Source: Bacilli bacterium (lineage in GTDB: Bacteria > Bacillota_I > Bacilli_A > RF39 > UBA660). From it: a stretch of DNA of 64,000 nucleotides. Below the pieces are notes generated by a model. The model saw only the letters and a list, made by a program, of their open reading frames with translations, made no database searches and had not been told where the DNA came from. The stretch is taken from NCBI GenBank assembly GCA_017472015.1, contig JAFURC010000046.1:23315-87314 (forward strand), in the 5' to 3' direction. The translations under genes and the position numbers were made by a program. How positions within the stretch are numbered: position 1 is the stretch's first letter; every line of letters starts with the position of its first letter. Positions 48,758 to 59,582 of the stretch are shown here, in pieces.

Positions 48758-49201
48758 TTATCTTGAAATATTTGAACTTTCTAATATTTTATCTTGTAAA
48801 CTAAACATGATTTCTTCATCTTTTTTTTTCATATGATCATATCCTAGTAAATGAAGTAAGCCATGAACTGCTAAAAAACATATTTCCCGAAGCTCTGAAT
48901 GACCATATTCTTTGGCTTGCTCAAAAACTTTATCAATTGATATATAAATATCTCCTAAAACTCTATCAACAGGATTAAAAGTTTTATCATCTTCAAGAGC
49001 AAATGTTATTACATCAGTTTCTCTGTCAATTCCTCTAAAGTTTTTATTTAGTTCATGAATATAATCATTATTAACTACAATGACATTAAATTCACATTTA
49101 TCTATTTCTAGGATCTCTAATCCTTTTTTTAAAACTTTATCTATAGTTTTAAAATATTCATCTAAATTAATATTTGTTTCATTAAATAAACCTATTTCCA
49201 T
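48758..49201 (-). CDS. ybeY: rRNA maturation endoribonuclease YbeY
   Basis: HGLLHLLGYDH zinc-binding motif. 147 aa. Confidence 0.9.
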   Translation of the reverse strand: MEIGLFNETNINLDEYFKTIDKVLKKGLEILEIDKCEFNVIVVNNDYIHELNKNFRGIDRETDVITFALEDDKTFNPVDRVLGDIYISIDKVFEQAKEYGHSELREICFLAVHGLLHLLGYDHMKKKDEEIMFSLQDKILESSNISR

Positions 49202-49215
49202 ATAAACCTCACATA

Positions 49216-49824
49216 TTAAATCATTATATATAAAAGCATAGTAATTCCTAATATTATTCCAAACACAAGTAAAGTACTAATAGTTCTTCTTGACATTTTA
49301 TCTGTTATTAAATCCAGCAATCTATAAACAAAGAAACCTACCATACCACCTATTAAATTTAATAAAATATCATCAACATCAAAACATCTTCCAATTAATA
49401 ACTGCACACATTCAATTGCTAATGATACTATAAAAATAAGTAAAAATGCAAGTCTTTTTTTATCAAGTCTTAAGTAATATGAAGCAAAAAATCCATAAGG
49501 CATAAAAAGTAAAATATTTCCAACAACATTTTTATAAAATAAATTCGAACCAACCCTGTACCTTGTTACTTCTTTAAAAGGAATAAAGTTATTACCATAA
49601 GAAATAACATCTTGATGAGTTACTACTTGGAAAAACATCAGTAAATAAATTACAAACATTAAAGCTAGTAACTCTTCATATAAAATAAATTTTGTTTTAT
49701 TTTTAATTAAATAAGTTATTCTTAAAGATACAATTGCAATTACTGTTATTAATACAATTGGCCAAGTATTACTCATAACTAGTACTAAATTATTTGCTAA
49801 ATTAAACATATTATTCTCCTTCAT
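49216..49824 (-). CDS. VanZ family membrane protein
   Basis: NILLFMPYGFF and DVDDILLNLIGGMVGF motifs, multiple TMs. Confidence 0.68.
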   Translation of the reverse strand: MKENNMFNLANNLVLVMSNTWPIVLITVIAIVSLRITYLIKNKTKFILYEELLALMFVIYLLMFFQVVTHQDVISYGNNFIPFKEVTRYRVGSNLFYKNVVGNILLFMPYGFFASYYLRLDKKRLAFLLIFIVSLAIECVQLLIGRCFDVDDILLNLIGGMVGFFVYRLLDLITDKMSRRTISTLLVFGIILGITMLLYIMI

Positions 49825-50950
49825 TTATAATTTCTGTTGCTGTTATATTTTCATACACCTTGAAAAATACATCTATATCTATTGTACTATTATTTACAAT
49901 AATTTTCAATTTTTTTTGGGATAAAATTTTTGAATCACTTGGTAATGTTTTTAAAATCTTTTCTCTTGCTTCAAGAATTGCTAAATTAACGGCTTCTTCT
50001 GTTGTATACAAATCATCTATTAAAACTACTTCTCTTACACTTTCTAAACTAATTTTAACCGGTAAAAACTTATGATATAAAAGTTTAGATTCCACTATTT
50101 CTTCTTCTTGATACTTTTTATTATCAAATAAATTAAATTTCTTGTTAAATAAAGTTAAACTAAGTCTTTTTTTCTTATTACCTGTATAAGTTTTTTCATA
50201 ATAAGCAATGGGATATGATACATGAACATTATACCAAGTTTCCCCATAAATAGTAGCGTCTGCATGAACCAAGTCAACTACACTATCTTTATGAGTAATC
50301 GAACCAGTTACAATAACTTCACCTTTTTTAACATAATCATTTAATTTCTTAACAATACTTCCCCTTTTAGCATCTATTTTTAAAATAATCGCATTTTTCT
50401 TGGCAACAATATTTCTTGGAGTATTATCATCATCTATTTCATTTATAATTCTTTTTTCAACATTAACAATATATTTACAACCAATTCTAGTTATTTCCAT
50501 CCATTCTAACTTATTAGAATTATTATTTATAATATTTTTTTTAATTAATTCTTTATCTTTAAAACTTTTAACAAATTTATATAAACTAATTCCATTACTA
50601 TCTAGTTCTTTTTTTACTAAATTAAATATATCTTGATCCATAGTTTTAATTTCTATTTTAAAAATTATATTACCTAAAAAAAATATATAAACTAAAGAAA
50701 TAATAAACATAATAAAAAAAAGATAATATTTTTTAAATATATTTTGATATTTAATTAATCCTTTATAACCTACTAATTCAAATTTATAAATACTCTTAAA
50801 CTTTAATAATTTTTCATAATTATTTAAATCTACATATAATAAATAATAATCTTTATTCTTTTTAATATAAGTAATATAAATATGATATTTTAATAATCTT
50901 TTAAAATACTTTTCTTGTATTTTAACTATATAAATATTTTCCATATTCAC
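49811..50950 (-). CDS. yqfD: Sporulation protein YqfD
   Basis: 379 aa with a central TM. Lies immediately downstream of a YqfC-like gene, as in Bacillus and Clostridium. Confidence 0.75.
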   Translation of the reverse strand: MNMENIYIVKIQEKYFKRLLKYHIYITYIKKNKDYYLLYVDLNNYEKLLKFKSIYKFELVGYKGLIKYQNIFKKYYLFFIMFIISLVYIFFLGNIIFKIEIKTMDQDIFNLVKKELDSNGISLYKFVKSFKDKELIKKNIINNNSNKLEWMEITRIGCKYIVNVEKRIINEIDDDNTPRNIVAKKNAIILKIDAKRGSIVKKLNDYVKKGEVIVTGSITHKDSVVDLVHADATIYGETWYNVHVSYPIAYYEKTYTGNKKKRLSLTLFNKKFNLFDNKKYQEEEIVESKLLYHKFLPVKISLESVREVVLIDDLYTTEEAVNLAILEAREKILKTLPSDSKILSQKKLKIIVNNSTIDIDVFFKVYENITATEIINEGE

Positions 50951-51181
50951 CTACAATTCAATTGTTTTAATACTACCATTTATTAATACTTCAAAGTCAA
51001 GTACTTTAAGTAAAGTCAAATCATATCCTTTTATAATAATTTGTTTTTTATCTTTTAATAAGATTATTTTCTCCGAAGTTAATAAAACAATATCATCATA
51101 ATTAACTATATTTAATTTATTATCCGAGTAATTCATTTTTAATTTACTTGAATTTAAATATTCTTTTATTCTATTCATCAT
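50951..51181 (-). CDS. yqfC: Sporulation protein YqfC
   Basis: 76 aa. The pattern ..IIIKGYDLTLLKVLDFEVLINGSIKTIEL matches the YqfC C-terminus. Confidence 0.7.
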   Translation of the reverse strand: MMNRIKEYLNSSKLKMNYSDNKLNIVNYDDIVLLTSEKIILLKDKKQIIIKGYDLTLLKVLDFEVLINGSIKTIEL

Positions 51182-51255
51182 TATATTTTATTAAATAAGT
51201 GTAAAATTAGAACAGAAGGAGTTTTTTTATGTTAAAATTAATTTAGGTGAGTTAT

Positions 51256-51945
51256 ATGGAAAAAGATTTTTTAGAATTAATTAGAGCATATAATATAATT
51301 AATTTTATAAATAGTGAATATTTTGAAGAATTAATGAATTTTGATAAAATTGATTGTTATTTTGATTGTGATGGAGTTTTATTTGATACCATTAAAGTTA
51401 GTTTTAATGAAATGAGTCTTGATTATAAAAATATACCAACTGATCCTAATATTCAGGCTTGGATCTCTGAATATTATAAAAAAGTTGATTGGACAGATTT
51501 ATTAAACCGTGGTGGAGAAATAAATGAAGCCTGTAAAAAACTTATTTTTTTAAAGAATTTAAATATTTTTAAGAATATGGCTGTTGCTACTCATAGGCAT
51601 AGTTATTTAAATGAAGGTGTTAGTAAAAAACAAGTATTCAATGAACGAGCTAAAGGAATTACAGTTTTTGATATACCTCATAAAATACCTAAAGAAGTTG
51701 CACTAAACTCAATTGGTAATATATTAGTAGATGATTCTAAAAGTAAAATAACTTCTTGGGTGAATTCTGGTGGTATTGGAGTTTTATTTAAGGACTCTGT
51801 AAATGAATTAATACTACCAACTTTAGAGACTCCTTATTTTATAACAAGTGAAATTTTAGATGTTATTAAAGTTACTTTCATATTAAAATATTTCGAAAAA
51901 ATAAGTGATTTAAATAAAGAAAAAAGTTTAACAAAAAACAGATAG
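51256..51945 (+). CDS. HAD-superfamily hydrolase-like protein (possible nucleotidase)
   Basis: DCDGVLFDT (HAD motif I, DxDG). ATG 51256 follows the SD aggtga; the track start is GTG 51247. Confidence 0.45.
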   Translation: MEKDFLELIRAYNIINFINSEYFEELMNFDKIDCYFDCDGVLFDTIKVSFNEMSLDYKNIPTDPNIQAWISEYYKKVDWTDLLNRGGEINEACKKLIFLKNLNIFKNMAVATHRHSYLNEGVSKKQVFNERAKGITVFDIPHKIPKEVALNSIGNILVDDSKSKITSWVNSGGIGVLFKDSVNELILPTLETPYFITSEILDVIKVTFILKYFEKISDLNKEKSLTKNR

Positions 51946-52102
51946 AAAAACTTATTTAAAAGAACTATGGAAAAAAAGAAGAATTTAGAAGATGTTGCTA
52001 TACAAACCACCTATTTATGTAGTAAACAAATAGTAGAAAGTAAGGTATTAAAAAAGCAAGTTTTTTTGAGCTTACTTTTTTATTTTATTAAATTATAAAA
52101 AT

Positions 52103-53755
52103 TTAATTTATTATTTGCTTAAATTTTTCTAAAGTTGTTGTATCATATATTACATATCTTGGGACTTTATATTTATTAATTCCTTTTTTAACTTTTTTGT
52201 TTCCACCAGTTAAAGCTAATGTGAAACCAGCTTCTTTTAAAGCACTTATGGCATGATCATTATATTCATAAAAAGGATAACAGAAATATGTTGTATTATT
52301 TAAACTTTCCCGACTTTTAAGTAGATCTTTAACAATTTTTTCTTTGCTATAACAAAGTAATGGCGATCTTCCATCACGACAATTACTTACATCATGTAAA
52401 TCCCAAGTATGAGAATGGATTTCTAAGTTTTTGGATTGGTAATCACTTGGTGATGCCAAAGAACCTATTAAAAACAAAGTTCCCATTAAATTATATTTTT
52501 CAAGAATTGGAATAGCTCTTCCAACAAACCAACCATCATCAATTGTAATGCTAACTGATTTTTTAGGTAAATTAATTTTTGAATCAATAAACATTTCCAA
52601 CTCTTTCATGGTAATTGTATAAAAATCATTATCTTTTAAATATTTCATCTGTATATCAAATTGACTTTCATCATGACAAATACTACTCGGTGTACAAAGA
52701 GAACTTTCACTTTCATCTATTACAAAATGATAATTTAAAACCGAAAGACTTGAAGCCGTTTTTAAACTTGAATTTAAACTTTCTTTAACAGTTGCTTCAC
52801 TTTTTAAAACATAAACTAATCTATTATCCAATAAAACATAATATCTATCAGTTTCTTTAATTATAATCGGTAGACTTGTTTCTTCATTTAATACATAATA
52901 AGAATCATTTGATATATATAATTTAGTATCTTTATTCGTAATAACACTTAAATTAAATGGCAAATAATTTTTATATCTTTGATCTTCTTTAGTTAAATTA
53001 TTAATTTTCTTAATTGAATCATATTTTATATATAAATCATAGTTCTTAAGTTTAAAATACTCACTTTCAGGATTCATAAAAATATCAAGTTCTAATTCCA
53101 CATCTTTACTAACTAAACCAACTATTTCTAAATCTTTGTTATATAAATCTGTATTTTCTTTTGTTAAAACAAATTGATTATAACTATTTTTAATAGTTTC
53201 TAAATGATTTTCATACTTTTCTTTTTCTTCTATTAATTGATTTTCGATTTCAAGATTATCTAAATATTTAGAATAAGCAAAATAACCACTTATTAAAAGT
53301 ATTATTAAAATAATTATTCCGATTATCATTAATATATTTTTAGATTTCTTTTGTTCATGAATTTCTAATTCTTTTTTTAATTTCAAATTAGAATTTTCGA
53401 AAATTTTAGTTTCTTTCTTTTTAATTTCTTGAACTTCAGTTTTCAGAGTTGTTTGAACTTTCTTTTTCTTAATTGGATAATATTCTTGACATTTATTATC
53501 TTGATTTTTCTTATTATCAGTTATCTTTTTATTTTTCAAAACATTGGTTTGATCAGATAAATTATTGCTAGTTTTTAAATTATATTTACTTTTAGAATTA
53601 GCATTTATTTTTGAATTTTTATTTATATTTTTAGAACTATTTTTACTTATATTTGCTTGATTATTTATTCTATTCTTAGTTGATTTCCTTTGATTGGTAT
53701 ATTTTTTGGTATTTTTTAAATTCTTATTTTCAGATTTCTTTTTATTTTCTTGCAT
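52103..53755 (-). CDS. Polysaccharide deacetylase (NodB-type) with a Lys/Asn-rich N-terminus and TM anchor
   Basis: C-terminal SITIDDGW and HSHTWDLH motifs. One TM near residue 150. Confidence 0.72.
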   Translation of the reverse strand: MQENKKKSENKNLKNTKKYTNQRKSTKNRINNQANISKNSSKNINKNSKINANSKSKYNLKTSNNLSDQTNVLKNKKITDNKKNQDNKCQEYYPIKKKKVQTTLKTEVQEIKKKETKIFENSNLKLKKELEIHEQKKSKNILMIIGIIILIILLISGYFAYSKYLDNLEIENQLIEEKEKYENHLETIKNSYNQFVLTKENTDLYNKDLEIVGLVSKDVELELDIFMNPESEYFKLKNYDLYIKYDSIKKINNLTKEDQRYKNYLPFNLSVITNKDTKLYISNDSYYVLNEETSLPIIIKETDRYYVLLDNRLVYVLKSEATVKESLNSSLKTASSLSVLNYHFVIDESESSLCTPSSICHDESQFDIQMKYLKDNDFYTITMKELEMFIDSKINLPKKSVSITIDDGWFVGRAIPILEKYNLMGTLFLIGSLASPSDYQSKNLEIHSHTWDLHDVSNCRDGRSPLLCYSKEKIVKDLLKSRESLNNTTYFCYPFYEYNDHAISALKEAGFTLALTGGNKKVKKGINKYKVPRYVIYDTTTLEKFKQIIN

Positions 53756-53763
53756 ATTACTAC

Positions 53764-55563
53764 CTAAAAATTATTTTTATTAAAGTATTTATCTTCAAGT
53801 AAGGAATCCTTCCATTTATTTTTCATATAATTTGTTTCATGCTCAAATCTTTCTTGTTTTTCTTTGGTTACTTCATATCCACGGGAACGTGATTCATAGT
53901 GAAACATTTCTATATTAGATAGACAGACATTGTAATAACCTTTTTTCAAAACTTGCAAACAAAGATCGACATCATTTAAAGCTACTTTTAAATTTTCATC
54001 AAAACCATTAGTTTCTTGGAATTTACTTTTTTTAATTAACATACAAGCAGCAGTTACGGCTGTATAATTATAAGGCATAGCAAGTCGACCAAATAAACCA
54101 ACATCATTCCTGTCGTATGGAACAAAAATATGTCCAGCTACTCCACCATATCCAAGAACAACTCCAGCATGTTGTACTTTAGAATCTTTATACAAAAGTT
54201 TTATTCCAACACATCCTACATGATCTTGGGAAGCATATCCTAACATTTCATCTAACCAATCTTCTTGAATTACTTCAATGTCGTTATTTAAAAATAAAAT
54301 ATATTCTCCAGTTGCAACTTTAACGGCTTCATTATTTAAATAAGAATAATTAAATTCTTTTTCAATTCTTAACACTTTAAAGTTTTGATATTTTTCTTGA
54401 TAAGTTTTTAATAATTCTTTAGTTTCTTCTTCCCTGCTATTATTGTCAACAAGAATTATTTCAAAATTTTGATAATTAGTTTTTTGGTATAAAGAATCTA
54501 AACAAACTTTTGTAATTTTTGCTTTATCTTTTATAGGAATTATAATAGAGACTAAAGGATTATTATGTTCGTATTTAACTAAATAAGTAGAAATATTTGG
54601 ATTATCTAAAACCTTTGCTTTAATATTTCTTCTTTTAAAAGTATCTTCAAGAGCTTTTTTACCAGCTAAATAGGCATATGATTTATTACCTAAATATCCG
54701 GCAGTTGAAGTTTTTGTTTGTCTCCAATGATATAAAATTCTTGGAATATGATGAATATTTTTAGTAATATCTTCAACTCTTAAAAATAAATCATAGTCTT
54801 GACTTCCATCAAATTCTGAGCGAAAGCCTCCTAATGAGTCAACGATACTTTTACGAATACAAGTTAAATGACAAATATAATTTACTCCTTTAAAAGTATC
54901 CGGGGAATAATCAGGCTTAAAATGGGGTTCCATACGCCGACCATTATAGTCTAATTTATCTTCATCTGAGTATAACATATCAATTTCTCTATCTTTATTT
55001 AAAGCCTCAACAAAATAATATAAAGCATCATGATCAATTGTATCATCATTATCAACTAAAGCAATAAATTCTCCTTTAGCAAGTTTGAGTGCATCATTTG
55101 ATGATTTAGATATCATCCCATTTTCTTTTCGATAAGTAATTTTTATTTTTTTATTTTTTTCATATTCTTTTAATGTCTTTAAAGTTTCTTCACTCGTAGA
55201 ATTATCATCACAGATACAAATTTCAAAATTTTTATAACTTTGATTAAGTAATGAATTTAAACACTCTTCAAGTAAATCTTTTGGAGCATTATAAACAGGA
55301 ACAATAAAAGATATTAAGGGATTGTATTTAAATTTTTTATATTTTATCTCTTCCTTATTTTCTTCAATCCATTTTAAATAGGCTTTTTGATTAGTATATA
55401 AATTAGCTGCTGAATTCCCTCTTTTTAAAACGATAAAGAATGATTTAATATATTTTTTCATAGCACTTGGAGGAATTAAAAAATGATGTCTATGCCAAGC
55501 AAAATAAAGAGATTTTTTAACTAATCTAATAAATTTTTCAATTTTTGATATTATTTTTTTCAT
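53764..55563 (-). CDS. Glycosyltransferase with two family-2 (GT-A) domains
   Basis: SFIVPVYNAP..ICDDNS..VDNDD, then a second SIIIPIKDK..VDNNS..NNDIE module. 599 aa. Confidence 0.82.
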   Translation of the reverse strand: MKKIISKIEKFIRLVKKSLYFAWHRHHFLIPPSAMKKYIKSFFIVLKRGNSAANLYTNQKAYLKWIEENKEEIKYKKFKYNPLISFIVPVYNAPKDLLEECLNSLLNQSYKNFEICICDDNSTSEETLKTLKEYEKNKKIKITYRKENGMISKSSNDALKLAKGEFIALVDNDDTIDHDALYYFVEALNKDREIDMLYSDEDKLDYNGRRMEPHFKPDYSPDTFKGVNYICHLTCIRKSIVDSLGGFRSEFDGSQDYDLFLRVEDITKNIHHIPRILYHWRQTKTSTAGYLGNKSYAYLAGKKALEDTFKRRNIKAKVLDNPNISTYLVKYEHNNPLVSIIIPIKDKAKITKVCLDSLYQKTNYQNFEIILVDNNSREEETKELLKTYQEKYQNFKVLRIEKEFNYSYLNNEAVKVATGEYILFLNNDIEVIQEDWLDEMLGYASQDHVGCVGIKLLYKDSKVQHAGVVLGYGGVAGHIFVPYDRNDVGLFGRLAMPYNYTAVTAACMLIKKSKFQETNGFDENLKVALNDVDLCLQVLKKGYYNVCLSNIEMFHYESRSRGYEVTKEKQERFEHETNYMKNKWKDSLLEDKYFNKNNF

Positions 55564-55574
55564 AAATCCTCACT

Positions 55575-56717
55575 TTACTTAAATATTTTTTTATATTTTT
55601 TAACAATTATATCCCAAGTAAAATTATTTTGAATTATTTTTTTAGCACTTTTTCCTAATTTTTCTTTTTGACTATCTAAATATTCTTTATTATCTAATAA
55701 TTCTTTTAAACTATTTTCTTCTTTAAAATATAAGCAACTTGATAAACCGATATCACGATTAAAATTAACATCATATAAAATATTTAAATCAGTTAAACTT
55801 AAAGCTTCAAGAAGTGACGGATTAGTTCCTCCAACTGAATGACCATGGATATATAAATAAGCACATTTTCTAATAACTGCTAGTTTTTTGTTATCATACA
55901 CTCCGTCTATAAATCTTATTCTAAAGTTATTCAAGCAATTAGTTTCTTTTACTAATTTTTCATAATAATTACCATTTGAAATATTGGAAATAATTACTAA
56001 TTCTTTATTTATATTACTTTTTAAAAACTCCTTAATTACAAATTCATAGTTATTTTCAGGAACACATCTTCCAACCATTAATAAGTAATTGTTATCACTT
56101 AAATTATATTCTTTTAAAGTTTCATTTTTAAATTCATCTGTAAATTTTATAGAATTAGCTCCATATGCAATATAAGTTGTTTTATTTTTTAAATTAGGAT
56201 AAGTAGTATCAACATATTCTTTAATACCTATGGCATCACATATAATTTTATCTGAATTTTTTAACATTGATTTTTCACTAAAAAGAAAGAATTTTTTAAC
56301 AAAATAATTCCATTTACCTCTTTTATGTTCAAGTCCATCTGGATTAACAAGGGTTATAATATTATATTTTTTTAAAGTATTTTTAGTTATTCCTAAAAAG
56401 TTAGCCAATTTTAAACCTAAAATATAAAAATAACTTTTTGGTAAATCATTCTTTTTAACATAATTTAAATAAAAGAAAAAAGATTTTACAGAAAACAAAA
56501 ACATTGCTGGACTTCCTTTAATACTAACATATATTGGATTAACTATAATATTATCATTTATTTTTATTTCTTTTTCTTCTTTTTTAGTTGTTATTGTTGC
56601 TATATGAAAAATAGTCTCTTTATCATTATAATTATCAACTAAATTTGAAACAAAGGTTTCCCAGCCACCGTAATTAAAGTGATATCCACGACTACCTATT
56701 ATGAAAACATTTTTCAT
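55575..56717 (-). CDS. DUF1972-type GT4 glycosyltransferase (RgpA/WchF-like, probable rhamnosyltransferase)
   Basis: IIGSRGYHFNYGGWETFVSNL at the N-terminus and GGTNPSLLEAL near the C-terminus. Confidence 0.7.
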   Translation of the reverse strand: MKNVFIIGSRGYHFNYGGWETFVSNLVDNYNDKETIFHIATITTKKEEKEIKINDNIIVNPIYVSIKGSPAMFLFSVKSFFFYLNYVKKNDLPKSYFYILGLKLANFLGITKNTLKKYNIITLVNPDGLEHKRGKWNYFVKKFFLFSEKSMLKNSDKIICDAIGIKEYVDTTYPNLKNKTTYIAYGANSIKFTDEFKNETLKEYNLSDNNYLLMVGRCVPENNYEFVIKEFLKSNINKELVIISNISNGNYYEKLVKETNCLNNFRIRFIDGVYDNKKLAVIRKCAYLYIHGHSVGGTNPSLLEALSLTDLNILYDVNFNRDIGLSSCLYFKEENSLKELLDNKEYLDSQKEKLGKSAKKIIQNNFTWDIIVKKYKKIFK

Positions 56718-56798
56718 TTTACACCTATCTTCCTGATTATAACAAATCTGATTTTTTGTTCTTATAGTTACTAAAAATATAAATAAACTTTTTATTTT

Positions 56799-58808
56799 TT
56801 ATCTTTCATTAGTAAACTTATATAATTTAGCAACTACTTTTTTTATTATAATTCTAATTTTTAAAGGAACCATTCGACAAATTTTATAAGTTATCCCTTT
56901 AGCATTATTACCTTCCACTACACGAAATTTCGAATCTAACACTTTATTATATAATTCTTTTTCCTCTTTAGTTAAATTTATTTCACGTTTTTCAATAGCT
57001 TTTTTAAAATAATTAATATATTCCCTAACGGTATTATCAATATCAAATTTTTTAGGTTCTAAATCTAAATTATTTTTTATTTCTTGGTATAGTTCAGGCA
57101 AATTAATTAATTTCTCTAAAATTTTTACATACTCTTCAGATTTATTAATTTTATCAATTATAAAACCATTTATATTGTTTTTTATATAATCATTTATTCC
57201 ACCTGAATCACTAACAATAGGGATAGCACCTGATGCCATAGCTTCAAGAGGCATTAAACCAAATCCTTCACTTAAAGAAGTATCAATATAAACATCTGTT
57301 TGATGTAAAATTTTAATTACACTCTCACGCGAAGTGTTTCCATAAATATAATTGATCTCATTATTACTGTTATTAAATGGAAAAGTTTGATATTCATTAT
57401 TATATAAAACATTTATTTTTAAACCTGAAAAAGTATTAGTAATTCTTTTTAAGATATCCAGTGCAATAAAATCTCCTTTTAAAGGATTACCACGCAAACA
57501 AATAGTAATATTGTTTATCTTTTTGCTAGAATTTTTAAAATTTAATAAATCGGTATTTATACCATTTAAAACAATTTTTGATTCCACATTAAAATTTTCC
57601 TTATAAAGATCTTGCAAATAACTTGAAATAGTTAAAATTTGATCTGGTAATTTATAACTTAATTCTGCAATTCCATAATTAGTACCATTTTCAAACAAAG
57701 GTTCATATCCTTGAGCAAAATAAATATGGGGAATTTTTAAATCATCAGCTAAATGTTTTGCGTAGTAAACTGAAGTATATAAAGTTGAAACAATTTTTTT
57801 TACATTATACTTTTTTATATTTAAAACTTGAATTGGCTTAAATAACATTATCTCATCATAAGTATCCATTATATTATAAGTAATATTAGAATTCATATTA
57901 TTAATAGCCATATAATTTACTATATCAACCGGAATGTGAACTCCACCAGCATTTGGTACAATTCCAATTAAATAAATTAAAAATTCAAAAGTTATTTTTT
58001 TGTCATCTTCATTGATATTTTTTAAGATATAGTCAATGGGATCATTTTTTTGATATTCTTCCATTAATTTATAATAATCATTTCCCCAACGTTCAAAGAA
58101 AATTTTACGATTTTTTTCTAATTTTTCTTTTTTCTCTTTTGAAACCCCAAATGAAACTTCAGATTTATGGAAAACATAAGTATCAATGGCAACTTTGGCT
58201 TTAAAACCTTTTTCCATCGCCTTAAATTGATAATCTGTTTCTTCACCATAACCAGTTCCATAAATTTCGTCTAAATAGCCCACTTCATCTAAACATTTTT
58301 TAGTTATTAATAAACAATTTCCAACAACTGTACAAGCATCAAAAGATTTTCCTGAAAATTTACGCTCTAACAAAGAATTCATTTGTTGATATGTAAAACC
58401 ATCAAATAATTCTAAAGTTAAATTAGCAGCATTGCTAGAAATCGGACAAATTAAGCCAATATCTTTATCTCTTTCAATATGATTTATTAATTTTTCAATT
58501 GTATTTTTACTAATTATACAATCAGTATTTAAAAGAAGAGCATAATCCGCTTCAACTTTTGCTAATCCGGAATTAACCGTTTTTATAAACCCTAAATTTT
58601 CTTTATTATTAATTAATTTAATTTTTTCGTATTTTTTACACAAATTATTTAAACAATTATAAGTCAATTCATCAGATTTATCATTTATTAAATAAACATT
58701 ATTAATCAAACTATCATCTGTGTTTTTGAATAAAGCATAAATACATAACTTAACCCATGAAGGGGCATTATAAACCGGTATTATTACATCGCATTTTTTC
58801 TTTGTCAT
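56799..58808 (-). CDS. Bifunctional glycosyltransferase (N-terminal GT2 plus C-terminal GT4)
   Basis: DVIIPVYNAP..INDKSD (GT2) and SEGFGLMPLEAMASGAIPI (GT4 E-x7-E region). 669 aa. Confidence 0.8.
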   Translation of the reverse strand: MTKKKCDVIIPVYNAPSWVKLCIYALFKNTDDSLINNVYLINDKSDELTYNCLNNLCKKYEKIKLINNKENLGFIKTVNSGLAKVEADYALLLNTDCIISKNTIEKLINHIERDKDIGLICPISSNAANLTLELFDGFTYQQMNSLLERKFSGKSFDACTVVGNCLLITKKCLDEVGYLDEIYGTGYGEETDYQFKAMEKGFKAKVAIDTYVFHKSEVSFGVSKEKKEKLEKNRKIFFERWGNDYYKLMEEYQKNDPIDYILKNINEDDKKITFEFLIYLIGIVPNAGGVHIPVDIVNYMAINNMNSNITYNIMDTYDEIMLFKPIQVLNIKKYNVKKIVSTLYTSVYYAKHLADDLKIPHIYFAQGYEPLFENGTNYGIAELSYKLPDQILTISSYLQDLYKENFNVESKIVLNGINTDLLNFKNSSKKINNITICLRGNPLKGDFIALDILKRITNTFSGLKINVLYNNEYQTFPFNNSNNEINYIYGNTSRESVIKILHQTDVYIDTSLSEGFGLMPLEAMASGAIPIVSDSGGINDYIKNNINGFIIDKINKSEEYVKILEKLINLPELYQEIKNNLDLEPKKFDIDNTVREYINYFKKAIEKREINLTKEEKELYNKVLDSKFRVVEGNNAKGITYKICRMVPLKIRIIIKKVVAKLYKFTNER

Positions 58809-59575
58809 TATAGTTCCTCCGCAAATCGTTTTTCACATTTTTTAAATATTAAATAGCCACTTACTAAAAAGATAACAGCAACTAGTAATAAAGTTAAGAT
58901 ACCAGATACATCTGGAATTCTTTGATAATAAAGTATTTCTCGGTAATAATTAATAATATGAAGAAGTGGGTTTAAATTAAAAATTGGCGCCAATCTATCA
59001 GGTATCATATCAGCTGAATATGCAATTGGACACATATAGAATAAAAGCATAGTTAAAAGATTAATAATATATTCAATATCTCTTACATAAACTGTTATAC
59101 TTGATGCGATAAATGCAATTCCTAGTTGAAAAATATATTGAATTAAAAGTATAACTGGTAACATGAAAATTGATGAAGCAATTCCAATACCACTTAGTAA
59201 AAGGGCAACTAATACAATTATAAAAGTTATCAAAAAGCTAATTAAATTACTAGTTACTACAGAAATTGGTAATATTATTCTTGGAAAATAAACCTTTTTA
59301 ATAATTCCTCCATTAGCAACAATTGAAGCGGCACTTTGAAGAAGGGTCATATTAAAGAAATTCCAAGGAATTAAAGCAACTATTAAAAACATTGTATAAT
59401 TTTCAACATCAACTCTTAAAATAAAGGGAAATACTAAAGCATAAATTAATAATTGACATAAAGGGTTTAAAAATGACCATAAAACTCCTAAAAAAGATTT
59501 TTTATATTTACCACGAAATTCTTTTTTTACAGAAGTTTTTAAAAATTCTCGATATTTATATAATTCTTTAAACAT
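58808..59575 (-). CDS. ABC-2 type polysaccharide/teichoic-acid exporter permease (Wzm/TagG/RgpC-like)
   Basis: 255 aa, about six TMs. Lies directly downstream of its ATPase partner (59583-60329). Confidence 0.85.
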   Translation of the reverse strand: MFKELYKYREFLKTSVKKEFRGKYKKSFLGVLWSFLNPLCQLLIYALVFPFILRVDVENYTMFLIVALIPWNFFNMTLLQSAASIVANGGIIKKVYFPRIILPISVVTSNLISFLITFIIVLVALLLSGIGIASSIFMLPVILLIQYIFQLGIAFIASSITVYVRDIEYIINLLTMLLFYMCPIAYSADMIPDRLAPIFNLNPLLHIINYYREILYYQRIPDVSGILTLLLVAVIFLVSGYLIFKKCEKRFAEEL

Positions 59576-59582
59576 AATTCAC